This document shows, piece after piece, positions 56,500-64,000 of a DNA stretch of 64,000 nt. The DNA comes from Planctomycetota bacterium (GTDB lineage Bacteria; Planctomycetota; UBA1135; UBA2386). Made by a program: the position numbers and the translations under genes. The DNA is taken from the NCBI GenBank assembly GCA_947501605.1, contig CANMWZ010000006.1, positions 32,001 through 96,000 on the forward strand. The letters are read 5' to 3'. Position 1 is the stretch's first letter; each line of letters begins with the position of its first letter. Under the pieces are notes generated by a model. The model was not told the DNA's origin, searched no databases, and saw only the letters and a program-made list of their open reading frames with translations.

Positions 56500-57686
56500 G
56501 ACCGGCCCTCGCGGACAAAGAACCGGATGGCCAAGTAGGACACCAGTTGGCAGCCGGCGGCAGCGTAGAGCACGCTCTGAAACCAGCCTTCGCCTTCGGT
56601 CGGGACCAGTTGGGCGAAGGCGAACACGCCAAACTGCATCATGAAGGCACGTACCCCCATCAACGTCGCCAGCTGGTAGCTCGGGACGAGGCCGGAGGTC
56701 AGAGCCTGCAGCGGCCCCGTTCTGGCCGAGGAGATGAGTGCCAGCGCGATTCCAAGCGGCGCCAGCGTTGCGAGCGTGTCGGCACGCACGATCAGCAGGA
56801 AGCACGCGATCAGCAACGTCGAGGTGAGCATGACGAAGTTGCGCTTGCCGATGCGGTCAGCCACCCGCCCAAAGGCGAAGCTACCAATCGCCGCGCACAG
56901 CCCGAGCCATACCCACACCCATCCCTGTTGGTCCTTGGGCACGAGCGCCGGGCGATCCAGCCACCTGCTGCTGAGCTGCACAGTCGTGAAGAACGAGCCA
57001 TTGTGCAACATCACCGCTACGAGCGCCGCGAGTACCGGCCCCTGTTTCACGATGTCGCGCGGGTCGACCCACCGTCCACTACTCCGGCGCTCGGGCACAA
57101 ACCGCATCGCGCCAACCGCACCGAGGAACCCAATCGCGCCCTGCAACCAGAAGATGGCCGGCCAGTGCCCGACGCTCGCAAACCACCACGCCAGCGGTAG
57201 CCCTAGCGGCAGCGCCAAGAACATGCCCGCCGTGAACACCCCCATCGCCGCGCCGCGCCGCTGATAGGGGACAATCTCAGCTGCAAGCGCCGATGCACAG
57301 GCGTAGGCAACCCCGACTGCGGCGCCAGAGATCGTCCGCGCAACGAGCAGCATGACGTAACTCTCGGCGAGGCCGTGCAGCGCACTCGCAACGGCAAACG
57401 CCAACATGCCGACCACCAGCATGCGCTTGCGGCCGAGGCGATCTGCAAAGGGGCCGGCCACCAGCGCACCGATCCCGGAGGCCAGCGCCGCGGCGGCCAA
57501 CAGCGTCTTCTCGCCACTGCCGGGAGCTGCGAGTTCTGCGGGCAGGAACGGCAACAGCGCACCGAGGACCAACGTGTTCAGGTTCAGGGCGAACGCAGCA
57601 AGAGCCAACGAAGCGATGGCGAGCCGTTCTACCCCGCGGGGCAGCTCGATGTCGGGCGCGGCGGCGCTGGGCGAAGAAGTCGTCAA
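56496..57686 (-). CDS. Major facilitator superfamily transporter (DHA1-like)
   Basis: 12 hydrophobic segments; motif A GPFADRLGRKR and its repeat GRVADRIGKR; motif B ARTISG. Confidence 0.93.
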   Translation of the reverse strand: MTTSSPSAAAPDIELPRGVERLAIASLALAAFALNLNTLVLGALLPFLPAELAAPGSGEKTLLAAAALASGIGALVAGPFADRLGRKRMLVVGMLAFAVASALHGLAESYVMLLVARTISGAAVGVAYACASALAAEIVPYQRRGAAMGVFTAGMFLALPLGLPLAWWFASVGHWPAIFWLQGAIGFLGAVGAMRFVPERRSSGRWVDPRDIVKQGPVLAALVAVMLHNGSFFTTVQLSSRWLDRPALVPKDQQGWVWVWLGLCAAIGSFAFGRVADRIGKRNFVMLTSTLLIACFLLIVRADTLATLAPLGIALALISSARTGPLQALTSGLVPSYQLATLMGVRAFMMQFGVFAFAQLVPTEGEGWFQSVLYAAAGCQLVSYLAIRFFVREGRS

Positions 57687-57803
57687 GGCGCGCCATCATG
57701 GCTGTCACCTGCGCTCCCGCAAACAACTGGGCGGCTCGTTGCGGACAGTGGGCAATCGCCGCCGCGTTGCTAGACTGCGGCCCCGTTTCGTCGTGGAGGT
57801 TCG

Positions 57804-59141
57804 TTGAAGATCGCGATTCTTGGCGGAGGCATCTCCGGCACCGCTCTCGCTCGCATGCTCGCAGCCGACGGTCACCGTGTGACGGTGCTCGAGGCGGCGG
57901 CACGCCCAGGTGGCCTTTGCCGCAGCCGCAAGTACGGCGAGTTCACGTTCGACGAGGCCGGCGGACACATCTTGTTCAGCAAGGACAAGAAGGCCCTCGA
58001 CTGGCAGCTTGACCGCTGCGGCGGTGAGGCGGGGACCATGCGCGTCGAGCGCAACACCAAGATCCGCTGGCACGACCGCTGGGTGCCGTATCCGTTCGAG
58101 AACGGCGTCGGGCATCTCACGCAAGACGCGATCGTCGCCTGCATGAAGGGCTACATCGACGCCCACGTCGAGCGCCGCCTCGGCGTGCCGTGCCCGCCGA
58201 ACTTCCGCGACTGGATCCACTGGCGCATGGGTGCCGGCTTCGCCGAGCACTTCATGGTTCCGTACAACGAGAAGATCTGGAAGTGCGACCTCGCCACGAT
58301 GGCCAGCGGGTGGGTTGCCGGGCGCGTCCCCGAAGCGCCCATCGACGACGTGCTGCGGTCAGCCCTCGGTCAGGCCACCCAGGGCTACACCCATCAGTCG
58401 ATCTTCTGGTTTCCCAAGCACGGCGGTTTCGAGTCGATGGTCCGCGGCACGGTCGAGCAGGGTGGCTTCGACCTTCAGTGCGGCGTGCGCGTGAAATCGG
58501 TGCGCAAAGACGGAGCGAAGTTCTCGGTCGACGGCGAGTCCTTCGACCTGGTCGTCAACACGGTGCCGCTACCGCAGATCGAGGGCGCCATCGAAGGGAT
58601 CCCGGCGGAGATTCGCGCCGACATCCGGGCGATGGTCCCCATCTCGCTGATCAACGTGATGATCGGCGTGAAGCTCGACGAGCCGATGCCGCCGCTCAGT
58701 TGGATCTACCTGCCGTTCGCTGACCAAGGTCCGACCAACCGCGTCACCTACTACAGCAACTACTCGCCGAACAACGCCCCTGCGGGTCACGGCTCCTTCC
58801 TCGCCGAGGTCACCTACCGTGGCAAGCTCGTGCCCGACGCGGCCTGGATGGAGCACGTCCTCAAAGGACTTGCGCGCGCCGGTATTCTGCGGCGCGAACA
58901 GGTCGTCTTGGCGGAGTGGTGCGACAACACCTTTGCCTACATCGACCAGAACCTCGAGTTCGCGGCTCGCGTCGGCCGGGTTCGCAGTTGGTTTGACCAA
59001 TCGGGCTACATCACCTTCGGTCGCTTCGGACGGTACGAGTACCACAACAGCGACCAGTGCGTTGCGAGGGCGATGGAAGTGCACGCCCACATCCGCGAAA
59101 TCGCCGCCTCCGGCGCCCCAGCTCGCCCGGCCTTTCGCTGA
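57804..59141 (+). CDS. FAD-dependent oxidoreductase, UDP-galactopyranose mutase/protoporphyrinogen oxidase-like
   Basis: ILGGGISG, GGLCRS, FD.AGGHILF, PYNEKIW, FWFPKHGG, GRFGRYEYHNSDQ; GGAGG Shine-Dalgarno before TTG. Confidence 0.88.
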   Translation: MKIAILGGGISGTALARMLAADGHRVTVLEAAARPGGLCRSRKYGEFTFDEAGGHILFSKDKKALDWQLDRCGGEAGTMRVERNTKIRWHDRWVPYPFENGVGHLTQDAIVACMKGYIDAHVERRLGVPCPPNFRDWIHWRMGAGFAEHFMVPYNEKIWKCDLATMASGWVAGRVPEAPIDDVLRSALGQATQGYTHQSIFWFPKHGGFESMVRGTVEQGGFDLQCGVRVKSVRKDGAKFSVDGESFDLVVNTVPLPQIEGAIEGIPAEIRADIRAMVPISLINVMIGVKLDEPMPPLSWIYLPFADQGPTNRVTYYSNYSPNNAPAGHGSFLAEVTYRGKLVPDAAWMEHVLKGLARAGILRREQVVLAEWCDNTFAYIDQNLEFAARVGRVRSWFDQSGYITFGRFGRYEYHNSDQCVARAMEVHAHIREIAASGAPARPAFR

Positions 59142-59267
59142 CAGCCGAACCACGGCTCGCAACCCTGAGGGCAGGGTCCTCGCGTTTTCGCAGGTCGAAG
59201 GGAACACGAAGCAGCAGCCGGAGCGTCCGAGATGCGCCTGCCGAGCTCATGCCGCTTGGTAGGGCTC

Positions 59268-59421
59268 TTTGCCTGTCCTTGGATTCCTGTTGGGTCGCTG
59301 GATGCCAGAGGGTGCCGCGAATCAGAGGGGTCTGTTCCGGGATGCATAGCCCAGGTTCCTTTGGTCGATCAGCGAGTCGATCAAGGTCCCGGTGGCTCGA
59401 CGAGGTTCGAGGACAGGCAAA
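59268..59421 (+). ncRNA. Candidate structured non-coding RNA: rod with central bubble (6S RNA-like architecture)
   Basis: TTTGCCTGTCCT (59268-79) pairs perfectly with AGGACAGGCAAA (59410-21); pairing continues to 59301/59389 with many G-U pairs; inner stem 59321-34 with 59352-65; intergenic, followed by a terminator. Confidence 0.55.
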
Positions 59422-59465
59422 ACTCTCCCTGCGATGCGCGGTGTGCGAGCCCGCGCAAGTCTCCC

Positions 59466-59509
59466 AGCGGAGCGCACCGCCCCATGCTGGTGCGCTCCGC
59501 TTCTTTTTT
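59466..59509 (+). terminator. Intrinsic (Rho-independent) terminator
   Basis: AGCGGAGCGCACC, 10-nt loop, GGTGCGCTCCGCT (13-bp perfect stem), then TCTTTTTT. Confidence 0.9.
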
Positions 59510-59824
59510 GCGCGCTGCCTTGGCAGGCCGTTCTTGCTTGCTGCATCGGCAGCGGGCCGCAGCGAGCCGTCCCGCGCCTGCGCCACGCGCTGCCACGCTG
59601 GACCAACGAGCCCCGCTGCGTGCTTCACGGCCTGCCACCACGCGAGGATTTTGTGGGCCAACAGGTTACGTCGCGGCGCGAACTCGGTAGCCTCCCGCGC
59701 CAGCCGACGGCTGTCTGCGCCCCGCCAACGTGTCGCCACCGGCCCCTTCCGACCGCATGCACACACCATCCTCCGGTCCGGGTCCGTCCGTTCGCATCAC
59801 CCCACTGATCCACCAGGACCAGGC

Positions 59825-60145
59825 GTGAGTGATCCCAGCGACCGCCTCGGCCGCGACCGCATCCCACGCGATGCGGTCCAGCGCGCATGGGCGCAGCGCG
59901 GATTCAGCTGCGAACTCTGGGTCGACCCGCCAGAGACCGTCTGGGAGGGCTTCGTCCACGACACGGATGAGTTGGTCCTTCTGCTCGACGGATCCCTGCT
60001 GATCGAGTTCGACGGGCGCGCATTGCGGCTCGAGCCCGGCGATGAACTACGGATCCCGGCTGGCACCAAGCACACGGTGCGAAATCTCGGCGGCACGACC
60101 GTGCGCTGGCTCTACGGCTACCCGGTGAACGAGCAGGCTGGCTGA
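59825..60145 (+). CDS. Small cupin-domain protein
   Basis: GFSCELWVDPP...W..FVHDTDELVLLLDG...PGDELRIPAGTKHTVRN; GTG 59825 preceded by AGGA. Confidence 0.85.
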   Translation: MSDPSDRLGRDRIPRDAVQRAWAQRGFSCELWVDPPETVWEGFVHDTDELVLLLDGSLLIEFDGRALRLEPGDELRIPAGTKHTVRNLGGTTVRWLYGYPVNEQAG

Positions 60146-60176
60146 AGCGCGGGATCCCGCGGCAGCCGACCGTCCC

Positions 60177-60686
60177 TCAGTCGTCGGACATTGCGTAAAT
60201 GCCCTGCTGCCCCGGCGTCTCCTCGACGCCGACCTCGAGCCGCCTGACCTGCAACTGCGGCCACGCGGCCCGCATGCGCAGACGCAGCTCGCGGGCAAAC
60301 CAGGTCGCCAGATTTTCGGCGCTGGTGTTGCCGATCGGCAACACGATCACTTCGTCACGCGGGACCAAGTAGCGACGCTGCAGGTAGCGGATCTCCATCT
60401 GCCCACCCTCGATCTCGGTCGCGCGCAGCACAGGGTGTTCGCCCGGGATCAACAAGTGCTCGTCGAGCTCGTCGCAGAGCTGACGGACCATGGGCTTGAT
60501 CTCCTTGAAGTTGACCACGAGCCCATGCGCATCGAGTTGCGTCTCGATTGCCACGGTCACCTTGTAGTTGTGACCGTGCAGCCGCTCGGCCGACCCGTCC
60601 GGGAAGATCAGAAAGTGAGCCGCGCTGAACTTGAGGTAGTCCTTCTCGATGAAGATGGACCAGCGCTCGGATGGGCCGTGGCTCAT
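60177..60686 (-). CDS. 6-pyruvoyl-tetrahydropterin synthase/QueD family (COG0720), PTPS-III-type signature
   Basis: FSAAHF, AERLHGHNYKVTVAI, LDEH, NTSAENLA, VEETPG; Glu rather than Cys ahead of HGH. Confidence 0.88.
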   Translation of the reverse strand: MSHGPSERWSIFIEKDYLKFSAAHFLIFPDGSAERLHGHNYKVTVAIETQLDAHGLVVNFKEIKPMVRQLCDELDEHLLIPGEHPVLRATEIEGGQMEIRYLQRRYLVPRDEVIVLPIGNTSAENLATWFARELRLRMRAAWPQLQVRRLEVGVEETPGQQGIYAMSDD

Positions 60687-60735
60687 GGGACGGTATCGAC
60701 GGGGGCGACGCTGAGAGCGCGCCGCCCAAGCCACG

Positions 60736-62853
60736 TCACTTCGCGTATTCCTCGAGCACCTTGCCGGCGATGTTTGGCGGCACCGGCTCGTAGTTGCTCG
60801 GTTCCATCGAGTAGTGCCCGCGACCTTGCGTCATCGAACGCAGCGACGTCGAGTACTGGAACATCTCAGCGAGCGGAACCTTGCCGGTCACGGCCGAGAT
60901 GCCACCTGGCTTCGAGGTCATCTCTTCGATGATGCCGCGACGCGATGACAAGTCACCGATCACGTCGCCGGTGCGATCCTCGGGGCACTCGACTTCGATC
61001 TTCATGATCGGCTCGAGCAACTGCGAGTTGTTCTCCGCGGCGATGCGGAACGCCAGGATGCCCGCCGATTCGAACGCCATGGCGCTCGAGTCGACGTCGT
61101 GGCTCTGACCGTCGTAGAGCTCGGCGCGAACCTTCACGTACGGGAAGCCCTGGCGGCCACCGCCAGTGACTGCGGCGAGGATGCCCTTCTCGATCGGCGC
61201 AATGAACTCGCGCGGCACCGAGCCGCCCTTCACCGCATCGACGAACTCCAGCGTCTCCACTTCGTCGTCGGTGGAGAAGCGCACGCGGCAAACGGCGAAC
61301 TGACCCGAGCCACCGGTCTGCTTGATGTGACGCGCTTCGACGTCCTTCGACTTCGCCAGCGTCATCTTGTAGGCAACCTTCGGCTTGCCGACTGTCACCG
61401 GGATCTTGTAGTCGTTCATGATCATGTTGCACTTCACCTCGAGGTGAAGTTCACCCATGCCACTGATGACCATCTGACCCGTCTGCTCGTCGGTGATCGC
61501 CTTGAACGTCGGGTCCTCGCGGACCAGCTTGCCGATGACCGTCGACAGCTTGTCGCGATCCGCGCCCGCTTTGGGCTCGATCGCCATGCTGATGACGGTG
61601 TCCGGGAAGTTCATCGCCTCGTAGATGACCGGGTTCTCGCGCGTGCTCAGCGTGTCTCCGGTGATCGCCTCCCGGATACCGACCGCCGCGACGATGTCGC
61701 CGGCTCGCGCGGTATCGATTGGCTCGCGCTGGTTGGCATGCATGCGCATCAGACGGCCGATGCGCTCGTACTTGCGCGTGCGCGCGTTGTAGTACTTCTC
61801 GCCCTGCGACATGGTGCCGCTGTAGATGCGCAAGAACGTGAGGTCGCCATTGGGGTCACTGATGGTCTTGAAGACCAGGGAACCGAACGGCTGATCCGGC
61901 AGCAGATCCCAGATGACCTTGCTGTCATCTTCCGGGTTCTTGCCTTCGATCGGGGGCACATCGAGCGGACTCGGCAGGAAGTCGACGACGGCGTCGAGCA
62001 CCTGCTGCACACCCTTGTCCTTGAACGCCGAGCCACAGAAGACCGGTGTTATCCCGAGCGACAGAGTGCCCTTGCGGACCGCCAGCATGATCTCCTCGAC
62101 CGTGCCGATCTCGCCTTCGACGAACTTCTCGAGCAGCGGCTCGTGGAACTCGGCGATGCCCTCGATCATCTTCTCGCGGCGCGCCTTGGCCTGATCCATC
62201 AGGTCGGCCGGGATCTCCTTCGTGATCATCTCACGAGCGTCGGCGTCTTCACCGGTCCAGTAGTAGGCCTTCATGTGGATCAGGTCGATCACACCGAGGA
62301 AGTCCTTCTCCTTGCCGATCGGCATCACCAGCGGCACCGGGTTCGCGTTGAGGCGCGACTTCATCGAGGCCACGGCCTTGTCGAAGTCGGCGCCCGTGCG
62401 GTCGAGCTTGTTGACGAAGGCGACGCGCGGAACCTTGTAGCGATTTGCTTGGCGCCACACCGTCTCCGACTGAGGCTGCACGCCCGCGACGCCGCAGAAC
62501 ACGCCGACAGCGCCGTCGAGCACGCGCAGCGAGCGCTCCACTTCGGCGGTGAAGTCCACGTGTCCTGGGGTATCGATCAGGCTCATGGTGTGGCCGCGCC
62601 AGTGGCACGTCGTCGCGGCCGATGTGATCGTGATGCCGCGCTTCCGCTCTTCCTCGAGGTAGTCCATCGTGGCGGCGCCCTCGTGCACTTCACCGATCTT
62701 GTGGCTCTTGCCGGTGATGTAGAGGATGCGCTCGCTGAACGTGGTCTTGCCGGCGTCGATGTGCGCGATCACGCCGAAGTTGCGAAGCATGCGGATCTCC
62801 GCGATGTCCTTCGACTCCTTCTTCGACGGGGTGGAATTGTCGGCCTGCGACAT
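60736..62853 (-). CDS. fusA: Elongation factor G (stand-alone copy)
   Basis: [67 protein letters not shown]. Confidence 0.97.
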   Translation of the reverse strand: MSQADNSTPSKKESKDIAEIRMLRNFGVIAHIDAGKTTFSERILYITGKSHKIGEVHEGAATMDYLEEERKRGITITSAATTCHWRGHTMSLIDTPGHVDFTAEVERSLRVLDGAVGVFCGVAGVQPQSETVWRQANRYKVPRVAFVNKLDRTGADFDKAVASMKSRLNANPVPLVMPIGKEKDFLGVIDLIHMKAYYWTGEDADAREMITKEIPADLMDQAKARREKMIEGIAEFHEPLLEKFVEGEIGTVEEIMLAVRKGTLSLGITPVFCGSAFKDKGVQQVLDAVVDFLPSPLDVPPIEGKNPEDDSKVIWDLLPDQPFGSLVFKTISDPNGDLTFLRIYSGTMSQGEKYYNARTRKYERIGRLMRMHANQREPIDTARAGDIVAAVGIREAITGDTLSTRENPVIYEAMNFPDTVISMAIEPKAGADRDKLSTVIGKLVREDPTFKAITDEQTGQMVISGMGELHLEVKCNMIMNDYKIPVTVGKPKVAYKMTLAKSKDVEARHIKQTGGSGQFAVCRVRFSTDDEVETLEFVDAVKGGSVPREFIAPIEKGILAAVTGGGRQGFPYVKVRAELYDGQSHDVDSSAMAFESAGILAFRIAAENNSQLLEPIMKIEVECPEDRTGDVIGDLSSRRGIIEEMTSKPGGISAVTGKVPLAEMFQYSTSLRSMTQGRGHYSMEPSNYEPVPPNIAGKVLEEYAK

Positions 62854-63115
62854 GATGAGTACCTGGAAATGCAGTAGAGGCAGGACCGCAGCGGCCGCGA
62901 CCTCTGACGCGCGGCAGGCTTTGGCCCGGTTTGAAGGCGAAGAAGGGTAGCGGGCCGTCTCGGCTGGTCAATGGCCCCGCCGCGCTCCCGGCGTTGCGAA
63001 CCTCCCCACCGCACCTGCCGGTGGCACCGCTGCCAGCTCGCCGCTGTCCAGTCCCGCATCACCCGAGGTCGATGCCTGTGCGCAAACGCAGCACTCAATC
63101 CGCGCAAGGAAACCC

Positions 63116-64000
63116 GTGGCAACTGGCATTCGCAGCATCCTGTCCGCCCTTCTGGCCGTTAGCGCCCTGGCTCCCTTCACCACTGCGCAGCAGGGTCCGG
63201 CTGAAGCCAAGGCGTGGCTCGAGGCCGGAAATCGCCGATTTCAGTCCTGCGACACCGCGCCGCCCCAACTTGGCGCCGGCGCGCGCCGGACTACAGCCCT
63301 TGGCCAGAATCCCCGCGCCGTCGTGCTGACTTGCACCGATTCGGACGTGGCCCCCGAACATGTGTTCCAGGCGGGACTCGGCGAACTGGTCGTGATCCGT
63401 CTGGCGGGCAACTGCGTCGACACCGAGACCATCGCCGACATCGAGCAGGCGGCGAGCCGACTCGCTGTACCGCTGTTGGTCGTCCTCGGTCACGAGCGCT
63501 GCACCACGGTTGCGGCGGCGATCCGCTGCGCCGAAGACGCCGAACGCGGGGTGGCCACGAGCGTGCCGAGCCCGGCACTGCAACAGCTGCTGCAGCAGTT
63601 CGAACCATCTGTCCGCCGCGGCTTGCAGCAGTCGCTGAGCGGAGCGGCCCTCGCCGCCCAGGTAGAAACTGAGCATGCAACGGCAATCGCCGCCGAGTGT
63701 CTTCGCCGCAGTGAGACCCTAAGACGCCTGCAGCAACTCGGTCGCTTCCAGGTCCAGCCTGCGCGCTACCACCAAGAGACCGGCGCCGTCGAATGGCTCT
63801 TGCCGCAGCCACTGCCGCAAACACCGCAGGAAGCCGCGACCGTGGCCGACGCCTCGCCGCCGACCATGGCGCCGCATGTCGCACTCCGCCTGCTGCAGGC
63901 AGGCAATCGCCGCTATCTGGGCGACGGCAAGCCACTAGGCGACATCAGCCCGACGCGGCGCGCCGGGATTCAGAAGGGGCAGCAGCCGTTCGCGATCGTG
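63116..64000 (+). CDS. Secreted tandem beta-class carbonic anhydrase-like protein; runs off the window edge
   Basis: Not in the ORF track. AAGGA plus GTG 63116, frame open to 64000; signal peptide; LEAGNRRF, GQNPRAVVLTCTDSDVAPE.VF..GLGEL..IRLAGN, VVLGHERC; a second domain begins near 63866 (LQAGNRRY...GQQPFAIV). Confidence 0.9.
   Translation, partial: MATGIRSILSALLAVSALAPFTTAQQGPAEAKAWLEAGNRRFQSCDTAPPQLGAGARRTTALGQNPRAVVLTCTDSDVAPEHVFQAGLGELVVIRLAGNCVDTETIADIEQAASRLAVPLLVVLGHERCTTVAAAIRCAEDAERGVATSVPSPALQQLLQQFEPSVRRGLQQSLSGAALAAQVETEHATAIAAECLRRSETLRRLQQLGRFQVQPARYHQETGAVEWLLPQPLPQTPQEAATVADASPPTMAPHVALRLLQAGNRRYLGDGKPLGDISPTRRAGIQKGQQPFAIV

Noticed and set aside
59190..59220. CAGGTCGAAGGGAACACGAAGCAGC resembling SRP RNA helix 8
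   Set aside because: Spacing between CAGG, the tetraloop and AGCAG does not fit the SRP consensus, and I found no enclosing long stem.
59057..59824. Long N-terminal extension of the cupin ORF and other ORFs over 59.1-59.8 kb
   Set aside because: Arg/Ala/Ser-rich non-protein-like translation crossing an intrinsic terminator; the cupin domain starts near 59825.
1..64000. tRNA, rRNA, transposase, integrase, prophage or defence genes
   Set aside because: None recognised by eye; tRNAscan-SE, Infernal and DefenseFinder were not run, so small or divergent elements could be missed.

Overview
High-GC, gene-dense bacterial chromosome segment, most likely from an uncultured Planctomycetota lineage (inference from the insertion-rich ValRS, membrane-anchored Hanks kinase, FGE-sulfatase and carboxypeptidase-regulatory-domain proteins, and kdsA). 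About 50 CDSs. Housekeeping and envelope genes: kdsA, valS, mutM, a stand-alone fusA, FabZ-like, RNase HII-like, sugar-nucleotide enzymes and a GT-C glycosyltransferase. A roughly 12.5-kb minus-strand import locus encodes an ElpS-like surface protein, an unknown secreted protein, a TonB-dependent receptor and a complete TtpB-TtpC-ExbB-ExbD-TonB-TtpD motor, with a shared upstream promoter motif. Also present are a 2114-aa secreted macroglobulin-like protein, an octaheme cytochrome c with a His-rich membrane partner and a small two-gene islet with a 13-bp VNTR. The most unusual items are (1) an archaeal/eukaryotic-type Pus10 tRNA pseudouridine synthase reduced to its catalytic domain, (2) an unannotated rod-shaped structured RNA candidate with its own terminator at 59.27-59.51 kb (6S-like architecture), (3) a similar C-terminal domain on two unrelated secreted proteins (candidate sorting domain), (4) a PTPS-III signature and (5) a tiny Tat/lipoprotein-like His/Cys peptide. 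I saw no tRNA, rRNA, CRISPR array, transposase or integrase. All calls come from reading motifs by eye; no database searches were run, and several start codons were re-chosen relative to the supplied ORF track.
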